Shown: positions 9,219-18,770 of the stretch, in pieces
How positions within the stretch are numbered: the stretch's first letter is position 1
How the letters are laid out: every line of letters starts with the position of its first letter
DNA from: an uncultured Lentisphaeria bacterium
Lineage (GTDB): Bacteria; Verrucomicrobiota; Lentisphaeria; JABSQK01; JAJFLO01
DNA length: 32,000 bases
Direction of reading: 5' to 3'
Assembly: GCA_951812855.1 (NCBI GenBank)
Contig: OX638337.1
Span: 390,001 to 422,000 of the forward strand
Position numbers and translations under genes: made by a program
Notes under the pieces: generated by a model
Seen by the model: the letters and a program-made list of their open reading frames with translations, nothing else
The model's database searches: none
Told to the model about the DNA's origin: nothing

Positions 9219-10088
9219 GTGAGTAACGTACCTGATGTATTAAAACCTGAATATTTTTTTGACATGAACTTACTGGGCTATAGTGAAATATTTGAAAATG
9301 TTTCATTCGTCTGGGAAGCAGTTAAAAACATGCAGGACAAAACGGCAGTTGATAATTTAGCACGAAAGCAATGTCAGTCAGAACACTGTTCAGACAGCCC
9401 GGCAGATAACGTTTGTGGAAATGTTGACGTTCGCATCTCACCCGATGCAAAGGTCTGCCCGAATGTAGCATTTTGCGGAGATGATGGTGGAATTGTCTAT
9501 ATCGATGACGGTGCAGAAATCAGACCGGGAACAGTAATTCTGACTGGCAGGAATGCGGTGTACATCGGCAAAGGAGCAAAGGTAGGACCGAACGCACACA
9601 TTGATGCGGGTAAAGGAAGCTGTATTGTCGGTGATAACGCCACCCTTCGACAAGGAGCCTATCTTCGTGAACTCTCCATCGTTGCAGCTAAAGCAACCAT
9701 TGGTAACAGTTGCGAAATCAAATGTGCATTGATCGGTCCTGAAGCTGAAGTGCCACATTTTAACTATGTTGGAGATAGCGTCCTGGGTTATAAAGCTCAT
9801 ATGGGTGCAGGAGTAAAAATTTCAAATCTCAAGATCACACCGGACCCAAATAAAATTAATTCCGTAAAGGTCAAACATGACGGTCAAACCTATGATTCAG
9901 GCATGCGTAAATTTGGTGTAATTTTAGGAGACAAGGCTCAGATGGGATGTAATTCTGTAGCGAATCCCGGCACGTTTGTAGGAAAAAACTGCCTAATCTA
10001 TACAAATAGCAGTGTTGTAGGATTTATTGCAGGAAACACGATTGTTAAATTAAGACAAAATTTCGATCAAGCTGAATTAAAGTTCTAA
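9219..10088 (+). CDS. Left-handed beta-helix (hexapeptide-repeat) transferase resembling the GlmU C-terminal acetyltransferase domain
   Basis: 289 aa. GTG start with AAGGAG 8 nt upstream. Hexapeptide repeats run throughout. The segment PHFNYVGDSVLGYKAHMGAGVKISN...KFGVILGDKAQMGCNSVANPGTFVG parallels GlmU HLSYIGD..IG..VNIGAGTIT.N. There is no nucleotidyltransferase domain. Confidence 0.78.
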   Translation: MSNVPDVLKPEYFFDMNLLGYSEIFENVSFVWEAVKNMQDKTAVDNLARKQCQSEHCSDSPADNVCGNVDVRISPDAKVCPNVAFCGDDGGIVYIDDGAEIRPGTVILTGRNAVYIGKGAKVGPNAHIDAGKGSCIVGDNATLRQGAYLRELSIVAAKATIGNSCEIKCALIGPEAEVPHFNYVGDSVLGYKAHMGAGVKISNLKITPDPNKINSVKVKHDGQTYDSGMRKFGVILGDKAQMGCNSVANPGTFVGKNCLIYTNSSVVGFIAGNTIVKLRQNFDQAELKF

Positions 10089-10120
10089 CGGGCAATAATT
10101 TTATATCGAATTAACTTTAA

Positions 10121-10162
10121 ACATCTCCTCTTAATTTCATATTAGAGGAGATGTTTTTTTTA
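10121..10162 (+). terminator. Rho-independent terminator
   Basis: ACATCTCCTCT - 12-nt loop - AGAGGAGATGT (perfect 11-bp stem) followed by T8, 33 nt after the stop at 10088. Confidence 0.85.
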
Positions 10163-10249
10163 GCAGTGCAGTATTATTGAAAAAAGTTGAACAACTGTGA
10201 AGAATAAGACATAATTTCTTTGATTTTTGACCAGTAATAAGTACTCATC

Positions 10250-11827
10250 ATGTCCGATATCCCCTTACTTTCCTCTTCTAAATTACTACAACACTTTCTT
10301 ACTAATAACCCTGAAAAAATTGTCCAGACTGAACGACGGAACAAATCCTATGATCTTATATCGTTTGGTGGAGGTTCATGTCCCAAAGTTATAGGCCCTT
10401 ACGCAAAACAATTTGGCTGGGATGAGATTTGTTTTATTACCAATGGCTCTGATAATGGCGGCAGCACCCAGAAAATTGTTGAGAGTTTAAAACCAAAATA
10501 CGGTGCAACACTTCCTGTGGGTGATATAACCAGCGGTCTCATTGCATTACTTCCGGAAATTCACTATGAACTGTTAAATTTAAGGAAGTGGAATCTTGAT
10601 CCTATTCGATTTTCACAAGCTGAGATTGATTCATTTAGGAAAATCATTAATCCCATTAAAACATTCCACGGACGTTTATCTATAACAATTGATTGTTACC
10701 GCAATAATCTCTGTCAATCAAAATCTCCCGTCCCTGATTCATTTGATAAATTTTGTAAAGAACTTTTATTTTTAGCAACACTTGTTGACGATCATAATCT
10801 AATAATCGAGACGCTTCCCGGTCTTGAAATTGACAGTGCCAGTGTCCGCCACCAGATCTTCAATGCCATTATGATTCACGTTGGTGCATATGACTCTGAG
10901 ACAAAAAAAGCGGACCGCGAGAAGTTTATGGTTGGCTTACGGCTGTTAGAATGTGCACTTGGATTAAATCATATTATTTTTCCTGCATCAATCGATGAAC
11001 AAGTACTCTTTGCAGAATGGGCAGATGAAATTGGCAATCCAATTACGAATACAAATGCACGTGATGTTAATCGACCTGAAATTAAGATTAACGGCCAGGC
11101 AGCTCTTAGTAATATTACAGATAAAGCAAAGCGATTAAAAAATAACAAATTGGCAAAAATCGGAAAATTCGGATTCATCTCCGAATTGCCGACTCCAGGA
11201 GCTTATCCGGAAGCCCTGAATGCAATACAACAACTCAAACCGGGGTGTCCCATTATATTTGGACCATCAAGTTATGTTGCCAGTACGTCTCCCTGTTTAG
11301 CGGTACACGAAATTTCCATTGAAGTTTCAAAACGAATTGATTGTCCAAAACTATTAATTTTAAACCTTACAAGAAACAATGAAACTGTCGGTTGGAGTGT
11401 CAGCGACTATCTCGATTTTTGGGAGTTAAATACAAAAATGGAAATCCGAAATACAGTCGATTATGTCATTGTCAACAATGACATTACCAGTACAAGAGAA
11501 ATTGTCGAGGCACTGTCTGATAAAGGTGATTCACTCAATACATTTAAATTTCGCGGCCCGGTTGCAGTCGAATCCAGTGAAAGAGACAAAATCATTCAAC
11601 GAGGGATTAATCTGGCTGAAGCACCGCTTGCAACGGTGAAACGACAATTAATGAGACTTAGCTCGGATGGTGACCGTCAATTCACCTACACTCCGGCACA
11701 TCATAATGAACGTTTAATGTCCCTTTGTTATTGCCTGACCAACGAATTCAATCAAAATAAAGAATCTGAAAAATTAACGCTCTGTGATGGATCAATTGCG
11801 AATGTGTTCAAGTCATTATTATACTAA
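10250..11827 (+). CDS. CofD/YvcK (UPF0052, GlmR-like) family protein, unusually long (525 aa)
   Basis: ISFGGGSCPKVIG...ICFITNGSDNGGSTQKI...LPVGDITSGLIALL parallels the family pattern GGGTG....I.tv.DdGGSSG.lR...lP.GDiRn.l.AL. Typical members are about 320 aa, so roughly 200 extra residues are inserted or appended. Confidence 0.62.
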   Translation: MSDIPLLSSSKLLQHFLTNNPEKIVQTERRNKSYDLISFGGGSCPKVIGPYAKQFGWDEICFITNGSDNGGSTQKIVESLKPKYGATLPVGDITSGLIALLPEIHYELLNLRKWNLDPIRFSQAEIDSFRKIINPIKTFHGRLSITIDCYRNNLCQSKSPVPDSFDKFCKELLFLATLVDDHNLIIETLPGLEIDSASVRHQIFNAIMIHVGAYDSETKKADREKFMVGLRLLECALGLNHIIFPASIDEQVLFAEWADEIGNPITNTNARDVNRPEIKINGQAALSNITDKAKRLKNNKLAKIGKFGFISELPTPGAYPEALNAIQQLKPGCPIIFGPSSYVASTSPCLAVHEISIEVSKRIDCPKLLILNLTRNNETVGWSVSDYLDFWELNTKMEIRNTVDYVIVNNDITSTREIVEALSDKGDSLNTFKFRGPVAVESSERDKIIQRGINLAEAPLATVKRQLMRLSSDGDRQFTYTPAHHNERLMSLCYCLTNEFNQNKESEKLTLCDGSIANVFKSLLY

Positions 11828-11874
11828 TTTTAGATTTTTCTCTATATTTTTCATATATTCATTAGCATGTATTT

Positions 11875-11901
11875 AGCTGTACGGTTAAGTTACAGCTTTT
11901 C
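11875..11901 (+). terminator. Rho-independent terminator
   Basis: AGCTGTA - CGGTTAAGT - TACAGCT followed by TTTT, 48 nt after the stop at 11827. Confidence 0.72.
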
Positions 11902-12017
11902 CGCTCAATTTGAGTAAGGAATCACGTCACTTTATTCCGTACATACAAATACGTGTTCAAGTATGACACACTACATTCAAAACGTTAATCTATAAAACTA
12001 AAATCATAGGGGATACA

Positions 12018-13106
12018 ATGATAACGCATGACGAGGTATTAGGAGACTGGACTGGCCGAATAGATAAAAAAATAGATGAAACAAAAGAAAAGTATGATCT
12101 CTCAAAAATCAGTCCGGATCCCGTACACCAGGCATTTGCACTAAATGGTATTGCTGTTCGCGACTTTTTTGATCCTTACCAACGAAATCAGACAAAGCTT
12201 ATTCGCGAGCTGGGCCAAAAAATAGATGATAAAAACTTGAATGATACATCATTTGTATACGATTACGTTGGCGGCCATGGACTTATCAAAGTATTTAATG
12301 AAGAGATCATTCAAAAGGGCCATCTATCCGGAATCAAAGGTTTTGACGAAGAATTTAAAAAATGGGTAGAACATGGTTCAGCTCCATTCAAAGTTGCAGG
12401 AACAGATCCGGTTGATAATTCAGATCCCTGGGATTGGGGCTATCCGCGCTGCATTAACAATGCTGCCTGGATCGGCGGCGAAACAGCAGATTCTACTCCG
12501 GAAAATCCAAAATATGAAATGGACTTTGGTTGTGTCGTTGACTTCCAAACCGATGCTGTCTGGACGATACGCAAAGACGGTGTTCGGTTGTTTTACGCAG
12601 ACATCAATACAGGAGAAATTACCCGGCAGACTGATTTGGACGGAAATCCTAATATCTGTAAAGTCGGTAACCGGACTGAGATCAAAGGGTCAATCATGGC
12701 AATTCCCTGCTGCAAAACACCGCGTCGTATTGCCTTGCAGAAATCCGCTTTAGGCGAATGCAAATTTAGCGATATTAACATTATCGGCCCACTGGCATCG
12801 CTCGTTTTCTGCGACAGTATCGATAATCGTATCGAAGTTATTGCCGATCCATTCGTTGGTCAACCGTTATATGAGGTATTATATCTTGCAGGTGCTGCTG
12901 TTTCTGGTGCTCACATTGTTGGTGTTACCGCGAACACTGATGATACGGATGTACCGCCGGCACGCGAATGGCCGGAATTTGATTTTAATACAATTCTTCA
13001 GCCATTATTAGAAAATCCTCAGTCAAAACTCCGGTATCGTTTTATCGGTGCTCAAACAAAAGAGCTCCTCGATGCCGTTATTGAAAAAGTGGATACATCT
13101 TTATAA
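12018..13106 (+). CDS. Hypothetical protein, 362 aa, no domain recognised
   Basis: Long ORF in AT-rich DNA with AGGGGA 5 nt upstream of the ATG and its own strong terminator. No family motif that I can name. Cys-rich central part (PRCINNAAW, ICKVGN, IPCCKTP, GECKF, VFCDS). The embedded ORFs 12373-12753(+) and 12593-12781(-) are shadows. Confidence 0.75.
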   Translation: MITHDEVLGDWTGRIDKKIDETKEKYDLSKISPDPVHQAFALNGIAVRDFFDPYQRNQTKLIRELGQKIDDKNLNDTSFVYDYVGGHGLIKVFNEEIIQKGHLSGIKGFDEEFKKWVEHGSAPFKVAGTDPVDNSDPWDWGYPRCINNAAWIGGETADSTPENPKYEMDFGCVVDFQTDAVWTIRKDGVRLFYADINTGEITRQTDLDGNPNICKVGNRTEIKGSIMAIPCCKTPRRIALQKSALGECKFSDINIIGPLASLVFCDSIDNRIEVIADPFVGQPLYEVLYLAGAAVSGAHIVGVTANTDDTDVPPAREWPEFDFNTILQPLLENPQSKLRYRFIGAQTKELLDAVIEKVDTSL

Positions 13107-13134
13107 GTTCACCATTAGTTAAATTAATATTATG

Positions 13135-13177
13135 CCCTTATCGGAATGTGAACATTCGGATGAGGGTTTTCTTTTTT
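13135..13177 (+). terminator. Rho-independent terminator
   Basis: CCCTTATCGGAATG - TGAA - CATTCGGATGAGGG (14-bp stem, one mismatch, one GU) followed by TTTTCTTTTTT. Confidence 0.85.
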
Positions 13178-13352
13178 AAATCAAATTCTGTCGATTATCT
13201 GTGTGATTTACAGTGATTGTTTCAACACAAGACGAAGATTCATTACTAATATGAATTATTATCCATAAACGATCAGATCGTGTGATTACGAGAAACTCAG
13301 GATGAATGCAATGTCATTCACCACAATTGAATCTGAGGTAATAAAGGATTGT

Positions 13353-14231
13353 TTACAGTTGACCAACCTTAAACATACCCTCAATTATTATTGTCATAAA
13401 TACAGCAAGTAAATAAATTATTGAATATCTGAACAGGCTTTGTTCCAATCCCGAATTTCTATTATGTTTCAAATCATTCAATTTTTTTAGAAAGATACCT
13501 CCAAGTACAGTAGCAATAATCAGGTACACTACTCCCGAATTAAAAAGTGCTAAACTCATGCTGATAACAACCATGAGTATTGTATAATAATACATTTGCT
13601 TAATGGTAAATTCATCCCCTTTTGTAATAGGAAGCATAGGGAGATTGACTTTTTGATAATCATCTTTTAAATATAATGCCAGTGCCCAAAAATGGGGCGG
13701 TGTCCATAAAAAAATGATGAGAAATAATAACCAGGGCTCAAAGGTAAATAATGTATTTGCAGAAGCAGCCCAGCCAATGACAGGTGCCATTGCTCCTGCA
13801 ATACCTCCAATTACAATATTTTGAGATGTATTAGGCTTTAGCCAGAGTGTATAAAAGAATCCATAAAAAATAATTGTGAAAAGTGCCAATAAGGCACTAA
13901 GACCATTAAATCGGAACAAAAATAATAAAACACCTGCAATGCCAATAAAAATAGCAAAAAACAAGGCTTCTTGATCACCTAATTTTTTTAAAGGCAATGG
14001 TCGACGACGTTTTGTCCTTGACATTAATGCATCAATATCTCGTTCGAAATATTGATTAAGTGCGTTTGCTGATCCACCCGTTAAAAACAATCCCAACAGC
14101 ACTAATATAAAATCGACTGGTTTGCTGGCGAATGACTTTTCTAAAACCAATGCTGCCGTCCCGGTAATCAGAACTAACAACATAATTGTAGGTTTTGTTA
14201 ATTGAATATAATATTTTAATCGTCTTATCAA
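13353..14231 (-). CDS. ctaB: Protoheme IX farnesyltransferase (heme O synthase)
   Basis: 292 aa polytopic UbiA-family protein: LTKPTIMLLVL.., NQYFERDIDALMSRTKRRPLP (NxxxDxxxD plus R-rich loop), TPPHFWALAL. Confidence 0.9.
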   Translation of the reverse strand: MIRRLKYYIQLTKPTIMLLVLITGTAALVLEKSFASKPVDFILVLLGLFLTGGSANALNQYFERDIDALMSRTKRRRPLPLKKLGDQEALFFAIFIGIAGVLLFLFRFNGLSALLALFTIIFYGFFYTLWLKPNTSQNIVIGGIAGAMAPVIGWAASANTLFTFEPWLLFLIIFLWTPPHFWALALYLKDDYQKVNLPMLPITKGDEFTIKQMYYYTILMVVISMSLALFNSGVVYLIIATVLGGIFLKKLNDLKHNRNSGLEQSLFRYSIIYLLAVFMTIIIEGMFKVGQL

Positions 14232-14358
14232 CGGAATACGCTCTTATATCAGAAGATTAAACTCTTGTGATATCAGATACTGATATCCTGAGTGATTATT
14301 ACTATAATATGCAGTTTATCGAAAAAAGTAACCTAACTAATAGATGCTAAAATAACAA

Positions 14359-15141
14359 ATGAAAATCATTGCATTAGATTTTGATGGAGTATTATGTAAC
14401 AGTGTCGAGGAGATGGCTGTAACCAGTTTTAATACAGCACAAAAATTATTTCCTCACATTATTATGCCTGCCGTCAGGTCAGCCGACTATATTAAAGACT
14501 TTTCCACTCTCCGACCAGTGATTAAGTTCGGATTTGAGGGCGTAATGCTGTGTCTGCTAATTATAAACAATACTGAACATTGTGACATTTTAGATAATTT
14601 TACTGGATTAGCTCAAGATTTACGAAAAGAATTGGGTATACAAAATGAAATATTGGAAAAAAAATTTTCACATGAACGAGACAACTTCATCACTGATGAA
14701 ACAACGCAGTGGTTAGATTTGCATACCTATTACCCCGGTACGATCAGTACGTTACGGGAACTGCAAAAATTAGATATTCCACTTTTTATTATAACCACAA
14801 AGGAAAAGCGTTTTGTATGCCGCCTATTGCAATCTCAGGATTTGCATGTGTCTGAAAATTGCATATTCGGGATGGACGAGGGTAAAAAAATAGATATTTT
14901 ACAACAATTAACAGCCCGGGAAAAATTTCAAAACGGTACATTCTATTTTATTGAAGACCGGTTAAAGACATTAGTAGAAGTTTCTGAAAATAAATGCCTT
15001 AATTCAATTAAGCTATTTCTGGCCAATTGGGGGTATAACACTGAAAATCAACGAAAGACAGCTGAAAACCATTCGAGGATTTCATTGATTTCTTTATCTG
15101 ATTTTAATCAAATGCGATTCATATCTGAAAAGCAGCATTAA
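14359..15141 (+). CDS. HAD-superfamily hydrolase
   Basis: 260 aa. Motif I is IIALDFDGVLCNS at the N-terminus. ITTKEK (motif II-like T) and FIEDR (motif IV-like acidic) follow. Substrate unknown. Confidence 0.72.
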   Translation: MKIIALDFDGVLCNSVEEMAVTSFNTAQKLFPHIIMPAVRSADYIKDFSTLRPVIKFGFEGVMLCLLIINNTEHCDILDNFTGLAQDLRKELGIQNEILEKKFSHERDNFITDETTQWLDLHTYYPGTISTLRELQKLDIPLFIITTKEKRFVCRLLQSQDLHVSENCIFGMDEGKKIDILQQLTAREKFQNGTFYFIEDRLKTLVEVSENKCLNSIKLFLANWGYNTENQRKTAENHSRISLISLSDFNQMRFISEKQH

Positions 15142-15181
15142 TTAATAGTACTGTAACTCTATTGTTGCCAAGAGATTTTAA

Positions 15182-15865
15182 TTGTGTATTGATGCAAAAA
15201 TTGAAATTAAAAATTTAGCAAGAGTTTATAATAATGTTACGACTGTTGCCGGAATCAACCTGACAGTTAGCAGTGGATCGATAACCGGCTTACCGAACCC
15301 CGATGGTGCAGATAAAACATCCACACTAAGAATGTTGGCAGGAATATTAAAACCGACATCTGGATCCATTAAAATATGTGGTTTTGACATGTTGACTGAG
15401 GTTATGAAAATCAAAAAAATCGTCGACTTTTTGTCTGCAGATACCCAGTTATATGGCCACTTACCGTAATCGGGACTCTTATTTTTGGGAAAGCTTCACC
15501 AGATGAATGATACCGTTTTAAAGACTCGGGTTGATCATATTATTCAGGAGATGGACATGGCGAATTTTGTTTATGGGCAAATAAAGACTCTTTCATCGGG
15601 TCAAGCACAGAAAACGAATATTGCCAGAGCAATTCTCCATGATCCTGATGTGTTGATTCTGGATGAGGCAACGGTTTCACTGGACATAATCAGCAGCCCG
15701 TTTATCATCGAATCACTTCGTGAGTTAAAATCCAAAGGTAAAACGATTTTATTTTCTACACATATTATGAGTGAGGCAGAATATCTATGTGATCAAATTG
15801 CATTTATTCATATGGGGAAAATTTTTGATAAAGGAACGACTGCTGACCAAACAAAAAACGATTAG
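15182..15865 (+). pseudogene. ABC-transporter ATP-binding protein, inactivated (in-frame TAA at 15470-15472, degenerate Walker A)
   Basis: ORFs 15182-15469 and 15485-15865 are in the same frame (offset 303 nt) and separated by one TAA. Walker A reads GLPNPDGADKTST, against the consensus G.GPNGAGKTT. The signature LSSGQAQK and Walker B VLILDEAT remain. No permease gene follows. Confidence 0.8.
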
Positions 15866-16122
15866 TAATGTTATTGGACAAATCCTCCCTCTTATCTCAT
15901 ATTTTTGATTGTTATTGGCGGGCTTTGTCCGGTCATGGAGTAAAACCGATGATTATCGGGATGTATATTTCCAGCTTCAACATGATTAAACCGGCGTTGG
16001 ATAAAGCAGAAATAAAGATTCCATTTCCACAAATGGATATTCACCATCATGGGCTGCCGACGCAGAATGGGTAATTGTTAAGAAACTATAATCTACCTAA
16101 GAATAATAGAAAGAAACAGTCT

Positions 16123-17187
16123 ATGGAAACAACTGATTACAGGTTCAGATTTACACTTGTTTTTCTCTTTGTTTTCTATGCTGTCTCCGGTTATGCAGAT
16201 GTTATTAAAACAAAAGATGGATCTCATTTAAATGTGAACGTTAAAAGTTTTGCAAACGGAAAGTTCATCGTGGAGAGTCAATTTGCCGGTTTATTAAGTA
16301 TAAAACAGGCAGATGTAAAAGACATCATTACTGATCAGGATATCTTTATCGCACTGGATAATGGCACAACCCTATTCGGTAAACTCGAAATTAACGGCAG
16401 CATAAAAAAGGTTTATTCTCAGGATGGAATTCTTGAAGTGAACAGTCATAACATTTTGGCTTTGTGGGAAAAAGGCGCCGATAATCCAATTGCTCAAAAA
16501 CCGGACGAACCCAATGAAAAAGAAGAACGAAAATGGGGGTACAAAGCAAATATTAACATCGCCGGGAAGTCTGGAAATTCAGAGAAATTCAGCTCAGGGG
16601 GCGGCATTAAAACGACGTGGGCTGGATTAAATGATAAATTATTATTATATCTTAAAGGAAAGCGTTCAAGAGAAAATTCGACAACTACAGTTAAAGAAAT
16701 TATTACCGGGATTGACTATGAATCATCTAAAAAATCATCTAACCATTCAAAATATACTCGTTTGGAATTAGAAACAGATGATATTGAGTCTGTCGCCCTA
16801 AGGGCAACGGGTGCATTGGGGTATGGATATTTTTTCATAAAGTCAGACAAGCAGGTATTAAGAGGTCGAACGGGTTTTCAAGTTCGAAACGAAGAGCTTG
16901 ACAGTGGAGACGTAAATACATCGGTCGGTATCGATCTGGGGCTCTATCAAATGAAAATGTCAAAAAACTGGGGTAAGCTGACATCGAATTTGACCTATAC
17001 GCCCAGTCTTGAGGATTCAGGAGATTACCGAATTTATCATGAATCAGCACTTGCAGTCCCCTTGGCCAGATCCGATTTTTGGAAATTGAGAATAGGGATT
17101 TCTAATGAGTACAATAGTCTGATTGCAAAAGGACGAAAACGATTAGATACAACCTATTTTACTAATTTGGAACTGTCCTGGGATTAA
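16123..17187 (+). CDS. DUF481 (YdiY-like) outer-membrane beta-barrel protein with N-terminal soluble repeat region
   Basis: The track ORF starts at TTG 16075. ATG 16123 gives METTDYRFRFTLVFLFVFYAVSGYA/DVIKTKDGS, a signal peptide. The C-terminal two-thirds is beta-barrel-like (GKSGNSEKFSSGGGIKTTW..., ends ..TYFTNLELSWD). The family call is from memory of the pattern. Confidence 0.6.
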   Translation: METTDYRFRFTLVFLFVFYAVSGYADVIKTKDGSHLNVNVKSFANGKFIVESQFAGLLSIKQADVKDIITDQDIFIALDNGTTLFGKLEINGSIKKVYSQDGILEVNSHNILALWEKGADNPIAQKPDEPNEKEERKWGYKANINIAGKSGNSEKFSSGGGIKTTWAGLNDKLLLYLKGKRSRENSTTTVKEIITGIDYESSKKSSNHSKYTRLELETDDIESVALRATGALGYGYFFIKSDKQVLRGRTGFQVRNEELDSGDVNTSVGIDLGLYQMKMSKNWGKLTSNLTYTPSLEDSGDYRIYHESALAVPLARSDFWKLRIGISNEYNSLIAKGRKRLDTTYFTNLELSWD

Positions 17188-17195
17188 TTTTCTGA

Positions 17196-18221
17196 TTATA
17201 AAGAATCGATTAAATCTATACCTTCAAGTGCCAGTCCTGTACCTTTAGCAACACAGTAAAGCGGCTCTTCTGCAATCGAAACGGGAAGATTTGTTTCTTG
17301 AGCAATGGACTGATCGATTCCACGCAGTAAGGCACCGCCACCGGCGATAACAATACCATGATCGATTAAATCACTGGATAATTCAGGAGGGCAGCGTTCC
17401 AGGGCGTTACGGACTGTTTCAATGATTGTCATCATGGGTTCCTGCAGAGATTGTCGGATTTCCTCAGAATTAATCTCAATTGATTTTGGTGTACCTGTGT
17501 TTAGATCCCGACCTTTGGCATCAAGAACTAATTCCTCTGTTAAAGGATAAGAACTGCCAATTTGAATTTTAATATTTTCGGCTGTTCTGGGGCCAATCAA
17601 GAGATTATAAGATCGTTTGATAAAACGTTCAATGGCTGCATCCATACTATCGCCACCGGTACGGATACTACGCCATTCAACGGTGCCTTTTAATGAAATC
17701 ACTGCGACTTCTGTTGTGCCACCGCCAATATCAACAATCATGTTTCCAGTGGGTTCATCCACAGGCATACCAGCTCCTAATGCTGCTGCCATAGGTTCAG
17801 TAATTAACTTTATTTCCCTGGCACCGGCACGTTCAGCACTGTCTTTTACTGCTCTAATTTCGACTTCCGTTATTCCTGATGGTACGGCGACTAATACTCT
17901 GGGACGCATCAACTTTGTCCGGCTGTGAACCTTCTGAATAAAATAGCGTATCATTTCTTCAGCAATTTCCAAATCTGCAATAACACCTTCTTTGAGTGGA
18001 CGAATTGCCTCAATATTTCCAGGGGTCCTGCCTAACATATTCTTTGCTTCAATTCCTACAGCCAGAATTTTTTTGGAGGTGACATTGCGTGCCACAACTG
18101 ATGGTTCGCTTAGTGCAATTCCCTGGCCCCTTACATAAACGATGCTGTTTGCTGTTCCTAAATCTATGCCAATATCACTACTGACTATATTTTGAACTTT
18201 ATTAACTATATTTACTGACAT
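17196..18221 (-). CDS. mreB: Rod-shape-determining actin homologue MreB
   Basis: 341 aa: IGIDLGTANSIVYV, EPSVVA, DIGGGTTEVAVISL, VIAGGGALLRGID. These are the actin/Hsp70-fold phosphate and adenosine motifs in MreB order. Confidence 0.95.
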   Translation of the reverse strand: MSVNIVNKVQNIVSSDIGIDLGTANSIVYVRGQGIALSEPSVVARNVTSKKILAVGIEAKNMLGRTPGNIEAIRPLKEGVIADLEIAEEMIRYFIQKVHSRTKLMRPRVLVAVPSGITEVEIRAVKDSAERAGAREIKLITEPMAAALGAGMPVDEPTGNMIVDIGGGTTEVAVISLKGTVEWRSIRTGGDSMDAAIERFIKRSYNLLIGPRTAENIKIQIGSSYPLTEELVLDAKGRDLNTGTPKSIEINSEEIRQSLQEPMMTIIETVRNALERCPPELSSDLIDHGIVIAGGGALLRGIDQSIAQETNLPVSIAEEPLYCVAKGTGLALEGIDLIDSL

Positions 18222-18770
18222 TTGTTACTTTCTCGAAAAAAATGAAATTGTCGCCCTAACATGGTTATAATTTATAATTATTAAGCCATCCAATGCCGCA
18301 TTAAATCTAAAACTGTTTTTTGTTCCGGCTATAAAGTTGAATTGTCATGTTATCCAAATTATAAATTCATGTTTTGGGATACACAATCGACCCTCTTCTC
18401 TGCGTAAAGTTATAAATGGTCAGGCTGCAAATCCAATCATTACGAATAAAGTCAAGATATTCCCTAATAAATATTATGTAGATAAAAAAAATCAGTACCC
18501 TGATAAAACCGATATAACAGTAACTTTTTTTATCTTAAGATAAAAATTTCAATCGAAAAATCTTTGGCGAAACCAATAATACCGAATAGACAATTTTAAG
18601 ATTAATATTCAAGAATAATCAAAGAGTATTTTTATTTTTCAATCTAAATTCTATTAATTTATTTGTTTAAAGCTCTATGCCCGGTTAAGAGTAATACGTT
18701 ATATGTATGTTAACTGTGCACTTACCTATTTGGACCACAGATTCAAGATCCCATCCTGAATAGCTTCTAA

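Noticed and set aside
15470-15472. Programmed stop-codon read-through or recoding in the ABC ATPase
   Set aside because: Walker A is degenerate at several essential positions and no permease partner exists, so simple inactivation is the parsimonious reading.
15868-16074. ORF 15868-16074 (68 aa)
   Set aside because: It is not TM-like, although a permease would be expected here, and it has no homology cues. It is likely debris downstream of the dead ABC gene.
18337-18543. ORF 18337-18543 in the mreB-uppS gap
   Set aside because: It has a TTG start, lies in a very AT-rich region, and has no RBS and no family resemblance. It is probably promoter or spacer DNA for mreB.
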